A stretch of 64,000 bases of DNA from the NCBI RefSeq assembly GCF_018977255.1, contig NW_024704742.1, positions 121,336,001 to 121,400,000 of the forward strand. Reading direction: 5' to 3'. Position numbers and translations under genes: made by a program. Numbering within the stretch: position 1 is the stretch's first letter; every line of letters starts with the position of its first letter. The notes beneath the pieces were generated by a model. It was not told where the DNA came from. It saw only the letters and a list, made by a program, of their open reading frames with translations, and made no database searches. This DNA comes from Callorhinchus milii. Taxonomy: Eukaryota. Shown in pieces: positions 1-14,200 of this stretch.

Positions 1-37
1 TCAGTCACCAATCCGAATTCAAAGATCAGTTTCATCT

Positions 38-420
38 TTCAGCTCAGTTTCATCTCTGGATCAGAGAGCTGTGGGTTTGAGCCCTACACAAGGATTTGAG
101 CAAATAGTCCAGGCACACACTCCAGTGCTATACTCAGGACTTCTTTCATTGTTGGAGAAGATAAAAGTTAAACCTAGGTGACAATGTGGTCCATGTGGAT
201 ATTAAAGATCCCACAGCCCTATTTCACAGCTACCCCTTGTCCAATAGTCAACCTTCACCCAAAGTCACACCTCTATTTTATTTCGTTGCTGTGTGTGTGG
301 TACACTGCTGTTGCATTTATCTCCATAAGTCACTACACTTCAATTGATTCACACCAATTCCATTACGTTTTCTAGGGGGGAAAAAATGACGTAGTGCTCT
401 ATATCCAACGTAAAGATTTG
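38..420 (+). mobile_element. Decayed tRNA-headed Deu-domain SINE (SacSINE1-like, older family)
   Basis: Contains gtgggtttgagccc and ttaaagatcccaca, homologous to the better-preserved copy at 16565. Confidence 0.55.
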
Positions 421-670
421 TTTTATGTTAGATAGTTAGAGCTACTTGCAGAAGAATCTCAAAGGGTCAATATAAAGGTTAAGACCGCCTCTGTTATTGA
501 GACACATTTGTTATTTCCTAAATGATTTGCTTTTTTAAAAAAAAACTACTGTATATTCAGATAAACATATATATATAAACATTGAATACTGTGAAAATCT
601 GTACTCTCCCTGCCTGCTTTCCCACCAATCCTCTTTTCAACTTGAACAATAAACTTTGCACAGAGCTCTA

Positions 671-949
<279 letters not shown>

Positions 950-2923
950 TCACCAATATTTGAAGTTCAGATGCTCTCCTGCATTGAGAAACTGTCAGGC
1001 TTAAACCAGGCAGTTTTATCATGAGGCACTGCCTTCAGACTGAACCATTAGCGAGGAAGAAAGAGACTCTTAACTACATCTAAAACAAGCCATTGGAATT
1101 TTGTTGGCCAGAATCATTTTGAAATCGATGCTGGAACGCTCCGCACCACCACCACCACAAAAAAAAACTAGGCTTGTTAATTGGCAATGAACTCAAGCCA
1201 CTGCTATAACACAGCTTCTTCCTCCCTGCGAGCTCCATGCTTACAGCGTTGCTGCTGGGGTATTGCTGTTAGCATGCATAAGGGCGCGGACCACGGAAAT
1301 GGGAATTTGTGTAATTAGCTGCCGAGGTTACTGGAGATGTAGAAAGGATTCACCTCCTGGAGAATTAAATATATAAGGGGGTGGGGATTCTGCTCCATTC
1401 CCCAAATTTAACAAATATTGCATTGCTAAGTGTGTAAATATAAATGTGATTTGCTACATTTAGTGAACAGAGCAGACCACCCCCTTTGCTCTCCATGACA
1501 AACAGTAAAAACAAATACCCATATGATTCATGACATGAATACCCGCTTAAACAAGTACAGTTTTGCACAATAAGTTTGTGCTTCTGAATTATGGAGGATT
1601 TTATGAAATTTTCTTTTTTTTAAATATTAAAAATACATCTGAAGATGCCCTGCTAAGAGGCCGGGCGGACATCCAACCAGCTTCCAGGACTTTCTATTGA
1701 TGCTCGAAAACCAACCACTAGGAGGTGCATCAGCCTGGTTTAAAGTGACTTTTCCCCTCCTTCGCTATGAGGAAGTGCCTGACCTGCACTTAGCCTTTCC
1801 TCTGCAAAGCGCAACGAAACAAGAGCATCCAGCCTGGGAGACAAGGCGAGCAGGAGTAAAAGAATCGAGGGAACAAGGACGCTAATCCGCGTGCCACAAA
1901 TCGAAATATCCCACATCTCTGCACCACCTGCACTTTGTCAATATACCCACCTGTGTGAAATTTCACAACATAAACAGGCTATTATAGTTCTGACAAACAC
2001 GTTGCTACTGCTGTGATTTGAACATTTTCAGCTATACAAATATGAGCATTCACACAAAGATGAATTGAATATTGACTCTTCAATTTATAATTTAATAATT
2101 AGAACTCTTTTAGTCGACTATCTCCTCCTCCCATGCCCCCATAGTAAAGAAATGTGTTTCATTCTGAAACTTTTTTCAAAAGTGGAGTCAAAATAGAGTC
2201 TTTGAACCTTGGGGAAAAAAAATCTTAAAGAAAAAAAAATGGCATAATTACACTTTACAATTGATATAAAACACAATAAAGGGATCACTGTAGAGACAGT
2301 GAAGTCAGTGTATCTACATAGTGTGTATGGAATTGCAGGACTGCTTCAAAGCTGATGATGCACATAAAAGATGCACAAACCATTAGAGACGGAACCACTA
2401 AGGCTTCCTCCTCTTTCGTATTAACTGTTTCTGTATACAATTCAGGGTGTACGGTTATATTTAGCACCTTTAAGGGCTTTTGAGGACATCAATCGGGAGC
2501 TGATTTTGAAACTTGAGTTTAATGCAGGTTCAGCTTATCAATTATCAGCATTGTGTCAGATAGAAACAGTTGAGTCGAGCATTGATGAGTTTTGATGAGA
2601 GTGCATTTGTGTTCTTTTTAAAAAAGTCAACTTACCTACTTTTTTGGGGGAGTGGGGGAAGGGAGAATAATTGCCTTAAAAAATGTACGCGTCCCCCCCA
2701 AAAAAGTGGCACTTCTGAAATAAAACCATGGAGGGGTATTGTTTTAACTGCTTATGCAACACTGTGACAAATGAGCATTATTTGTGTGTATGCAGGCTGT
2801 AAACGCATATGTATACAGCCCGCGTACACACCTTAACCTCCGCTCACACAAACACACCCTAATACACATACTCACACATTCTAACACACACAACTTACAC
2901 TTGTTTAGCGCTTTTCAACGTCA

Positions 2924-3157
<234 letters not shown>

Positions 3158-3279
3158 TTAAAAAAACAAATTCCAGTGTAAAGAAAAATAAACACATCCG
3201 AGGATCCATCAATAATTCTAGCATCAAAGTGCACTCTGATTCCCTTGCTCAACAACAATTTCCTATGGCACCCTTCACT

Positions 3280-3540
3280 CGTTGTAGCGTCTCGGAGTCT
3301 GACACCGAGGTCGAGGGAGGTGACCGTAAGCAAGGGGTCGAAGAGGAACCCTCCTCTTCGAATCTGAAAATGGGGAAGGAGTGGGCAGGGCGAGGGATTG
3401 AACGAGACAGTTCCAAAGTGGCTGAAAGCATGGTCGCCGATGGTGGAACAGAGGAGATGAGAGACAAGCAGGAAGCCAGAGCCAGCCAAGCGGAGGCGGC
3501 GGGTAGCGGAGTAGGGAGTAAGCAGGTGGAAGGGATGCCC
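3280..3540 (-). mobile_element. L2 LINE 3' fragment (family B)
   Basis: Aligns by eye with 54030-54300 (ctga..ccgag..gaggga.ggtga.cg; tgaaagcatgg.cgcc.at.gtgg) and with the reverse complement of 9330-9490. Confidence 0.7.
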
Positions 3541-4517
3541 CGTTGTTTGGCAAAAACTACAAATGCACAGTCACTACATGTGACACTAATTACTGGGAAT
3601 TAATGGGAAAATTGGTGGTGAATGGGAAAATGTTTCCTTCTCCTATTTTTCTCCCCAGCCCGCTATGTTCTCACACAGAAAAAAAAGGTCAAAAATAAAA
3701 ATGCTGTGCACAACAAGTGGACCAGGACTTGGAAAAATACCATGGAATCAAGAGTAAAGATGTTGGCAGGCTGGAACCCAAGCCTTGGCCTTTCCTACAG
3801 AGCAACAGCCAGCAAGAGCAGAGGTTAAAAATCTCAATCTATTGGCGTCTAAGCTGCGCTTTACCAGTTAGGTTCAAATGGTGAAATTCAATGAGAGGGC
3901 AGATGAATAGGAAAAATAGTTCCACAAATTAGGACAGGAAAACGGGACAAGGAGGCGAGAGACACACAGAGGAAAGAAAAAAGCGGTGGGTGGGGGGGAA
4001 CCAAAATTGCAGTGACTAAATGAAATACAGGAAATAGGACTCGGTAATGAAATGTGAGGGGGGGGGATATTAAAGAAACCAAAAAGAAAACCAACAAAAA
4101 AAGAACTCTGCATTGTTGCACATCCTCTTCAACCAACAGACCTGCTGACAACACAAACCGTTTTGCCACACTGACTGATTAAAATGTACCATTCCAGAAC
4201 TCACCCTGACAACACATCAAATCAAAAAAAGAAGCTTCAACGAAGACTTCACTTGAACCTAAAACCACACTGAGATGCTCTGAAGACACATTGGTTAATT
4301 CTATGCATTTTAACATTGTGTTTCTAGAGTGGAAGATGGCTGTGAGCCACACACTATCCATTCATAATGAGCTGCTCGGTATTCTCAGATGCACAGCTCA
4401 GCTGAACAGTCCTTCACAATATGTTGAAACGGAACCGACAATTTTGTAGCTGTAAAAGCGTGCGATGGGAAAGACATCTCTACATAAACACACACACACA
4501 AACAGCACGTATATTCA

Positions 4518-4958
<441 letters not shown>

Positions 4959-5189
4959 TTATGAGCAACTCAAATAAAACTGATTCCCTTGCCAAGTACC
5001 ATAATTCCAGGGCAATTACAATTGCACAATGCAGGTACAAATTTCTCTCTTATATCACAGGAAAGGTCAACACTTAAAGCACGACTGTGGGAGAGAAAAT
5101 AAATGAATCAAGACTTGATTTCTCAAACATTCTCCTCTAGCTGGCTTGACACTCCACACACGACAGCTCGTCCAGAATGACACAGTTCA

Positions 5190-5470
5190 TATCCTCTCCT
5201 AACTCAGGTTGCCTTTCATCTCCATTCTCACCGGGCTTCACAGACTTCCTACCCCCCAGCAGGTCAATAGAATAATCTTCACTCCGACTTTAAAATCCCT
5301 CCATGTTTTTACCCCACCCCTGTGCCAACTCGGGCCTGTTGCTCACCACTTGTTCCCTCCATCCTACCACTGACTATAGAGCTATCAAACTCTACGCCCT
5401 GGCACTTCGAAACCATCCCGAAATTCATCTCCCTTGCCCCCTCCTTGTATTCAAACATTTTTTTAAACAA
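5190..5470 (+). mobile_element. Old L2 LINE ORF2 C-terminal fragment
   Basis: Pyrimidine-rich, collinear with the L2 at 9660-9970 but heavily diverged. Confidence 0.5.
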
Positions 5471-8400
5471 AAAACACCCTCAGTCATCTCCCTCCTCCCC
5501 CCACTCCCTTCGGTAGAATGGTTGAGTTCAGCCTGAAACTGCACACCACTCTCCAAGAGTGGCAACACCCAGCCAACAGGGGCTGCTGAGACTTCAGGTC
5601 CAACCACGGGTGTCACCTAATTTGCGATACGATAAATATCAATCTCAGGTTGCAAGTTTCATCCCTATATTTTATTGGAAGGTAGAGAGAGGGGAAAAAA
5701 AAGAGAAAACAGAGTTTCTGCAGGAGCAAAGTAATGGGTTAAAACTCTCAGCATCACACAGGTGTAGAAGCTATCACCCGATAACATCAAGTGGCTCCAA
5801 TCCGTTACTAAGTTAAACAGTGTCAAAAGCATAGAGTTGCACGTCCCTTATTTCACACCACACTGCTGCAGGAGTCAGACGCTGCCACAAGTGGGAGGAG
5901 TTGTTCCAGTTTCAGGCAGCGAGGGATGCTCCCAAACTGTCAGAGATAGCACTGGTCCCGGGTGTCGCTCAGGAACCAGCTGCTCACCTTCAGCCAGAGA
6001 GCAAAGAGAGCCGAGCCCTTCAAGCGGAATGTGATTCCAGGCCCTTCTCCAAAACAAATAGGATCTGGCGTTGGTAATCACGCTTCTCTGAGAGATGGAG
6101 GGGGAAAAAAACAAAACAATCTGTTCCAAATATTCTGCCTTAGCAAAATGTCAGTGAGACCATCTTGGCATAATCCTCACAACAAATCTGTCTTTCCACC
6201 TGTAATTTAACATTTTTTTCCCCAAGGAGAGAGAGGCAAAGGGTAACACTGCAAATGGATTCATGTTTAAAACATTTTTTTATATTAAAAAAACCCATGG
6301 CAAGAGGATTTGATTCAGGCACAAAAACATGCACAGAATATTTATAATCTTTAGGTGACTCAGGATAGTTAACTGGAGCGCAAACTGCAGACCATCCAAG
6401 ACCAGGCACGAGGGTGGTTTATGGGCCATGGATTTGCACCTGGAACGGTCAAGGTTGATTTGAAAAAGAAAACGTGTTAAGCAGCAAGCTGTGTTATGCT
6501 CAGCATCCAAACAAGGATATGAAGTCATGTTAAAGAGTGCAGTCAGTCACTTTAAATTCCATTGGCAAAGCTGGAATACAGTGAAGGCAATTACAGTGAA
6601 GCAGACATTCAGTGTTGCCCAGCTCTGATCCGAGGTTTCTCCAGTTTAATACACCTGTTGCGACTGTACAATCGTAATATTTGAAGATTAAATAAACGGC
6701 AAACAACGAGAGATGAGGCTAACGGTCATCACAAGTCGAATAAAATTCCTGTTCCAGAAGTTTAACATAAGAGCCTAATGAAATGTTTAACTTGAAAGCT
6801 CACTCTCCTCAGCACTGAGTGTTTTCTCTCTCTCTTTCTCTCTCTACAGTGCTGAGTGTTTCTCTCTCCTTCTCGTCAGTGGTAAATTTCTTATTCTCTT
6901 CACAGACAATCATTTGGACAATCACAGAACCATAAAGCGTTTTACTGCACAGAAAGAAAGAAACTATTCAACACCCCACCCCCCATGTCTGCTGGTGCTA
7001 GCTGTACTGAAGCCATCTTCTTGTATACTGTAGCCTTGTCACCTTCAGTGTTATTTTTTTCCTTTGGTAGTTATACAATTTCATTTAAAATGCTCTTGTG
7101 AACTATTTGGCAGACGTTGGTAGTAAATGGGCACAATGTTATGCACCACCATTTAAATCTGGCACAATCATCATTCAGAGGCAACAGTGTGTTGACCCAT
7201 GCAAGGCTGAGCTGAAACCCACTAAAGATCCTCGAAATGTTACATGAAAGCTTGCCATACCTTCGGCTTCTTTTGAAGTGCAGGTGGTTATCCACAAATA
7301 ATATTCAAAGTTCACACGACCACGTTTGCAGTAAAACGTTAAAAACTCGCACGCAATAAAACATTGATGCCAAGTTTCTATTACAGTTTACTTGAAGCGT
7401 TTGGACTGAAGTCCAAAATAACTTTTGCTACTGTTGTAGAAAATAAGACTTAAACTAAAAACACTAGTCTGTCAAAATAGTTAGAATCATTAACATGGTG
7501 CAAGGCAAGACTCCAGTTGGATCCACCCCACAATAATAAACAGCCCATCATCAATCCAGAAGTGATTATCAGAGTCCAAATTTGTGTTTTTGTGATATAT
7601 AAATGGGCGTCTTCAAAAGCCTCCAGCAGAGTTGCCAGCGCATTGGTTCTCGGTAAATGCAACCACTGTGCAAAAGGCGTTTGTGTCAGGCTATCCTTGT
7701 CCAGCCCGCAATCATCCCTCCGATGAGGTGAGTGTTGTGAGTGATTTGAGGCACCCCAAAACACATTCTGTGATCCCTAATCCCTGACTGTTCAGCACCT
7801 TGGGACATCCTCCCGACGTGAAACTCGCTTTACAAATGTAATTTTGTTGTTGTTTCCTGCCAAGTGAAAGCACGCCCTTTTTTTTGGCAGTGACACAGGG
7901 TTGATACAGCTAGAGAGATTTTGGACACCACAGTTATTTTCCAGGCGTATTGTGAAAGCTTGTCTACAGAACTTTTCTCAATAGCCATGCATTGGAACAG
8001 GAATAACCTGACACCTCACTTCTTCTCAATGTAAGCAAATCTCAAAATTAGTCCCAACTTCGGTTCACCCCAAAACAGAAAGGCTCTTAACAATGACAGC
8101 CTTGCTCTGGACGGATGTTCTGTAATTTCAGACAGACGAGCATTTCCTCTGCTAGCTGCCATTCACCCACTTTTATTTCTGCAGTTGTGCATCTAACTGA
8201 GACTGCATCGCTTGCAGGACAAATGGGAGCCAAATGAGCAGGGTTTGACCACCTCACATCACCTGGTGGAACCGGTTTCAGGAGCAGGAAGGGTTTCACA
8301 CATTGCAGCATAAACACGTCAGGTGTGAATCCCACTGTGAGTCACTGCTGAAAACTCTCTGGCCCCCCCAGGATTTATAAAGGTTTATTTTTTTTGGAAA

Positions 8401-8914
8401 ATAAATTAACAACCATCTCTTTACAATGTTTACAAAGATTAATCCCCAAATCGGTCGATCTGCACATGAACCTCATTTAAAGAGTTAAAGAGATCCAAAA
8501 TTGAGCGGGACACCAATAAAAATTGAGTTTCACCTCCCCAATGATATACTGCCGGGAGGGAAGCTGCTTCATTCCAGCCAGGACAAATGCATCATTATAC
8601 AGCACCATGAAGCAATTTTCCAGGCTACACTTATAACCAGCTGCATTTCACATTAACTATACTCTGAGTGTTATGTTGCTGTGTTTCTGCTTTGTCTTCA
8701 TCATGTGGTTTTGGAGATCACAATAAAAAAAACTCAAGTTGTAAGGCTACAAGAAATCAATTTTCACCCTTCATGTACTGAAAGGCAAATGAAGAGAAAT
8801 ATACCCTTAGCGGTAAAGTTCTTAAACGAATGATAGAAATCTAAAAAGTCTGTAGCAGTAATCGAGTATACAAATGTTTCACGAAGATGGAATGCAAATA
8901 GGCTGGTGCAATAA

Positions 8915-9165
8915 AAATGGAAATCGAATTCTGGACTTTAAATACACGTATACAAAGGACAAAGCAAGGAGGTCATGTTAAATGTGTAAAAGACATTGTT
9001 TAGGCTACACATGGGAGTAATGCATTCAGCTCTGGACTCCACATTACTGAAAGGATATTGGAGTCATGGACAGGATACAGCGGAAATTCACTAGGATAAC
9101 GCGTTATAGTTGTGTGGAGAGATTTTAAAATCAGCACTCTTCACAGGAACAGAGAAGGTTCTTAA
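8915..9165 (+). mobile_element. Decayed CR1 LINE ORF2 C-terminal fragment
   Basis: aaagcaaggaggtcatgttaaa...cagctctggactccacattactgaaaggatatt...cagcggaaattcactaggata resembles the CR1 KSKEVML...QFWSPHY.KDI...QRRFTR region. Confidence 0.65.
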
Positions 9166-9329
9166 GATTTTTCTTTTGTTTTAAAAAAATTCTGAAATTA
9201 AATAATGCAACATACAATACTTACTCTTAATTTCACAGCACCGTACATCCTGCTGAGCTTTTCAAACTTACTTTCTCCCTCTTCTTGCTCAGTCTCTTAG
9301 TCTCCCAGTCTGCGCTGCACACTAACTGC

Positions 9330-9490
9330 AATTAAGAGGTTATTGACTGAGATGCCTGATCTTCCTCTTCGACCTCACCTTGCAGGCGGTCACCTCCCCC
9401 CACTCCCCTCGGCGTCAGGCTATGTCACTGTTAAGCGCTCCGAGACACTGCCCCGCGTGAAGGGTGCCATATAAATGCAAGTTGTCGTAT
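9330..9490 (+). mobile_element. L2 LINE 3' end (family B)
   Basis: Ends gtgaagggtgccatataaatgcaagttgtcgt; homologous to 34085-34228 and to the reverse complement of 53969-54100. Confidence 0.7.
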
Positions 9491-9504
9491 TGAAACAACA
9501 GACT

Positions 9505-10109
9505 CCACCACTATCTCACCCCTCAGGCCACTGAAACTTGTTTATGCCTTCATCACTTCCAGGCTCCACTATGCAAACACCCTGATTGTTTGGCCTTCCC
9601 AACTCCTCCCTCCACAGGCTACAGATAATCCAGAACTCTGCAGCCCATGTCCTCTCCCGCACCAAACTCCGTGACCCCATCTCCCCCACTCTCGCCCGAC
9701 TCCACTGGCTCCCTATCCTTCAGAGGATACAGTTCAAGATCCTGGTCCTCATATACAAAGCCCTCCATGGCCTCGCCCCAACCTATCTCTGCGACCTCCT
9801 AAACCGTCCGCTCAGCCGGCTCTGGCCTACTCCACATCCCCCGACCCACCCGCCCCACCATTGGCGGGAGAGCCTTCAGCCACTCTGCCCCAAACCTCTG
9901 GAATTCCATCCCCCAATCACTCCGACTCGCCCCCTCCTTAGCCTCCTTCAAGTCCCACCTCAAGACCCTTCTCTTTTACCATGCCATCGGCCACTCCCCT
10001 TCCCCTCCCCTCCCAATCCCAGCTCGGGTCTGAAATGCTGTACACTGTCCAGCGCCTTGGGACGTCCTCCCAACGTGAAAGGCGCTATACAAATGTAATC
10101 TTGTTGTTG
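9505..10109 (+). mobile_element. 5'-truncated L2 LINE (family A): ORF2 C-terminus plus 3' UTR
   Basis: Translates LQIIQNSAAHVLSRTKLRDPISPTLARLHWLPILQRIQFKILVLIYKALHGLAP; tail gcgccttgggacgtcctcccaacgtgaaaggcgctatacaaatgtaatc(ttg)n. Confidence 0.92.
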
Positions 10110-10478
10110 AGACACCAACTTGTCTCTTGGTTCCCCAGGAGGACGTGCACAGGTGTAAACAGATCAATAACTTATTTCTTCCTGCATTCCCTTCCCCGCC
10201 CAATTCAAGCAACTACTTCTCCTTCACCCAGTGCCTCCACAACAGCAGTGTGCAAATCCACAACTCACAGGTGGGAGGCAATACAAGCTCCTCTGCCTCC
10301 ACTGTGGCTCAGCCTTGCAGCAAGGAGCCAGGCCATCTGTACCATTGCATTGCTTTAGTAATTTAAACATGGATCTAGTTTATCTTCTTTACGATACAGA
10401 AAAGAAGCAATCTTCGTATCACAATGGGGGACGGTGGGAGGGTGGAGAGTAAAATAATCAGCGCTAATTTCATTCAGT

Positions 10479-10845
10479 GGAGTCCTGTAGAATATTGGTT
10501 AGATGCTCGCCTCACAAGCGAGAGGACCCAAGTTTGATTCCCAGGCAGGGCGAAAGTGTAGGCAAGTTTCCTTAATCCATATGCCTGTTTACCTAGCAGT
10601 AAGTAGGAATCTGGTTGTTGTAGATGGGCATATCACATTCCAGGGGAAATAATTCCTTCAAAAAAATAATAATTTGGTCATTCAATCCATGACTGTTTGT
10701 GGGACACTGCTGTGTACAATTGGCTGCTGCATTTCACCCACAAAATTTACAGTTAATTCACTTTCCAGTATATTCTGTGAAGCACGTTGAGACGACTCAA
10801 TGATGTGATAAGGCTCTATATCAAATGCAAGGTTATTATTATTAA
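10479..10845 (+). mobile_element. Full-length tRNA-derived SINE, long form (CAC anticodon loop)
   Basis: Head ggagtcctgtag...ctcgcctcacaagcgag...gtttgattccc, Deu-like core gtttgtgggacactgctgtg..caattggctgc, tail atatcaaatgcaagg(tta)n. Confidence 0.88.
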
Positions 10846-13400
10846 TAATATTGAAAAATGTTAACACACGAACTGCTGGCTGCAGCTATGAAGCATCTCA
10901 GTTGCATAGCTCCATATGCATAGCGTGATAAGGTGCAATATCAAATGTAAGGATTACTATTAATAAGAGTCATTGAAACAAGGCGCTAAACTGAATTTTT
11001 GTGTCTTGAGCATCTCATTACTGGTCTGAGCTGCGGCTCGCACACAGCAGCAGAGTTTAGTTCCAAGTATGAAGGTTGTGATGGCATCTGGATCTATTTG
11101 CACCTCAAATTAAATCAAAAGGCAGCTTTGACACAGGTTGGATGCTGATAATCAGCAATGCGTGGAGAGGTTCAACACAAAACGTTGTTTACGAATATTT
11201 TATTTTCAATAAAAAATCTTCTAGTCAATAAATTTAATCTCTGATATTGCTTTGCAGTTGTAAACATTCTAAAATAAATTAATAGAAGCAGGAAGTGCCA
11301 TATGGTGTGAGGTGGAATAGGAACAGGAGACTTGGAACTTGACATTTCATTCACACAACAACTTGCATTTACATAGCCTTCTTCACGCAGGGTAGCACCT
11401 CAAAGTACTGACAATGGTAATCTAGTTGTTCAACATAAATTCTCATGGCAACCAGTTTAGATTGCCTGTTCCCCAACCATCACAGCTTTGTTTCTCTGTC
11501 TCCAACCAAGTCTGAGAATCTTGCTGGAAATTGAGGCAAGCCTAGCCTTCTCTGCAAGTTGAAACCAATCTGTATCCTATGGCAAGAAGAGATCAGTTTC
11601 AAAATGCAGGAAAGGCTAGGAGAAGCCAACATTCCAGATTTTCTAGTCAAAGAGACACCAACTCAGTAACAACAGGCAAGAAAAGGAGACTAGTGCAAGA
11701 CTCTACCTTTCCTTTGTTTCGGACTCCCTCAGCACAAACTGTAAAGCTCTGATTTTGGCTATCACACAATCATTTGCCACTGTATGGATTGGGATCAGGA
11801 GTCTGTATATACAATAAACACTTACTTAGCACTTTTCAATTGGCAGGACATCTCAAAGCACCTGACAATGCTGGATGGTATTAAATAATAATAAAGGAAT
11901 ACTTTAGGATACAAATTTAAAGAAACTGGTTTCTCAAAATGCCTCATACAAAATGCAACCCTTCAATTATAAAAATTGGACCTTGCAAGATAGCTGGCTT
12001 TCCATCCTCACACCCCTTTTCAGGACTGAAACAGGCCAGGACTGGAACGCAATAAGCAGTGGGAACAAGCCACCGAGTGGTGCGGTCAGCATCCAGATGA
12101 TAAGAACCACAGCTGCAATTTATAAAATACCTTCACTGGAAAAATGAAAGAATATTCTCAGGAAAAATTAAACAGAGAATCAAATTCACAGTACCAGCAA
12201 AATAACATTTCAGATATCCAGTAATATCCTAATGGTTGGGATACGGGATGGAACCTAATTTCTCAGATTTCGACCTAAGTGAGGATTGAAAAATCAGTAA
12301 ATTTACAATTTCAGGACTGGCAAGAGAGAGAACTATCTTTTATCCTTTATTCATGCCCTACCAAAAAATAATCAGAAAGCTACCATTGCTCTGGCCAATC
12401 TACACCAATTAGCAAGGAAGCTAGAAATCTTTTCACGTGAAGGGTTAATAGAATGTGGAAAACGTGTCAAGTGACTATTGAAATAAGAGTCAAATTAAAA
12501 CATTTGAAAAGAAAACAAATTAGTTACTATGGGACAAGTAGGATGGGTTGAATGTGCAAAACAACCATTTCCCACGGCCAAGATCTGCAAATCAAAACAA
12601 ATATTCTCCAAGTATATATATATTTTTTTAAAACACATAAAAAATAGCAAACGCCTGCTTAACTCTCCACCATCAATCAGTGAGCTTCAGCCATTCTGCC
12701 CCCGTTCTCTGGAACTCCATCTCAGAGTCTCTCCGCCTTGCCCCCACACTTTCTCCACGCTTTTTAAGTCTCCTTTGTAAGATTTACCATTTCAATCATG
12801 ATTTTAGTCATCTTCCCCCACAGTCACCTCGCCCCCGCCCCCATACCTAGCTGTGTGAATCGCTTAGAGATGCCTCCCACTGCGAAAGGTGCTATTTAGT
12901 GTAATTTTTAAGGAGTTAATGGATGCTGGTTGGGCAATTGAAAATATGACTGAAATTTTTTTTGAATGCTTTCACCTGCATCTTTTTAATCTTCATCAAT
13001 TCAATTTCTATGGATCTAATTAGTGTTAATTTTACCCAAGTGAAAACTGGCATTAAGGAAATTTATTACCAAAATTAGAGAGCATTTGCAGTTTCTTTTC
13101 TTTTGCATAAAATATTTCTGAAATGTATTTTTTATGTACCTTTGCGGTACAGTTTAAAATTCAAATCAGTACTTGGATTAAATAAGTAAACAGTTATCAC
13201 TAATACGCAGCAGCTACAAGAAATAACCCTCAGTCAGAAATCAAATGTCGAGTGACAGTTCGTCCCAGTGCCAAGTGTGACTCTTCCCAGCATGTTTCAG
13301 CAGAGAAACTCCCTGGAGGTCAGACTGGCTGGCTGGTACTATTGTAGGTCTTGTACTACATTTGCAGCTAAATTGGGCATTAGCTTGGCTGATTTAACAT

Positions 13401-13503
13401 AAATAATAATCCTTGCATTCGATATAGCAAGGAAACTTGCCCAACTTTTCGCCTTGCCTAGGAATTAAGCCCCGGTCCTTTCACTTGCAAGGCGAGTGCT
13501 CTA
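13401..13503 (-). mobile_element. Internally deleted SINE (tail fused directly to head)
   Basis: On the plus strand, ccttgcattcgatatagc is joined directly to aaggaaacttgccc...gcgagtgctcta. Confidence 0.75.
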
Positions 13504-13836
13504 TAATAATAATAATAATAATAATAATCCTTGCATTTGATATAGCGCTATTCACGTCGGGAGGACGTCCCAAAGCGCTTCACAGAACACACTGTAAAGT
13601 GAATTGACTGTATATTTGTGGGCGAACGCGGCAGCCAATTGCGCACAGCAATGTCCCACAAACAGTCATATGGATTGAAAATGACCAATTTATTATTGTT
13701 TTGGGTTTTGGAGGGATTATTATTAGGCTCTGTGTGGAGTAAGGAAACTTGCCCAAGGTTTCGCCCTCTGCCTGGAAGTGAACTCAGGTCTCTCACTTGC
13801 AAAGCGAGTGCTCTAACCACTGAGCTACAGGACTCC
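13503..13836 (-). mobile_element. Full-length tRNA-derived SINE, short form (TGC anticodon loop)
   Basis: Reverse complement is collinear with 45166-45490; (taa)n tail. Confidence 0.92.
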
Positions 13837-13844
13837 ATGAGGCG

Positions 13845-14200
13845 AGACCTCAGAAGGTCATGGGTTCAAGACCCCATGTCAGGACTTTAAACTCTTACAG
13901 TCTAGGTAATACAGCGAAGGGGATGCACTGCATTATCAGAGGAACCAAACCTTCAGATGAGACTTTATATCAAGTTCCCATTTTCCTGTTCAGGTGCATG
14001 CTAAAAATTCTATGGCATTATTTGAAAAGGGAAGAGGTTCTCCCAGTGTCCTGGCTAATAAATCTCCAGTCAAAATTGGCTATTCACTTCATGGTGTTGT
14101 GGGATATTAGTGTGTGCAAATTACAATCAATATACTTTACAGAAAATCCTGTGGAGTGCTTTGAGATATTCTCCCAATGTAAAAGCCGCAATATTAAATG
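13845..14200 (+). mobile_element. Older SacSINE1-like Deu SINE
   Basis: tcagaaggtcatgggttcaagacccca...ttctcccagtgtcctggc...tgtgggatattagtgtgtgcaaatt. Confidence 0.7.

Noticed and set aside
1715..1728. CTCF-like CCACTAGGAGGTGC
   Set aside because: Two mismatches at informative positions; not supportable without ChIP or conservation data.
2625..2670. AG|GTAAGT on the minus strand, resembling a recursive splice site
   Set aside because: It lies in a short 2.1 kb intron and an A-run separates the pyrimidine tract from the AG. A by-eye scan of the long intron found no clear polypyrimidine-AG|GTRAG site either.
3229..3603. 124 aa plus-strand ORF and overlapping minus-strand ORFs in a GC-rich intronic patch
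   Set aside because: The sequence is an L2 3' fragment homologous to 54030-54300; the ORFs are incidental.
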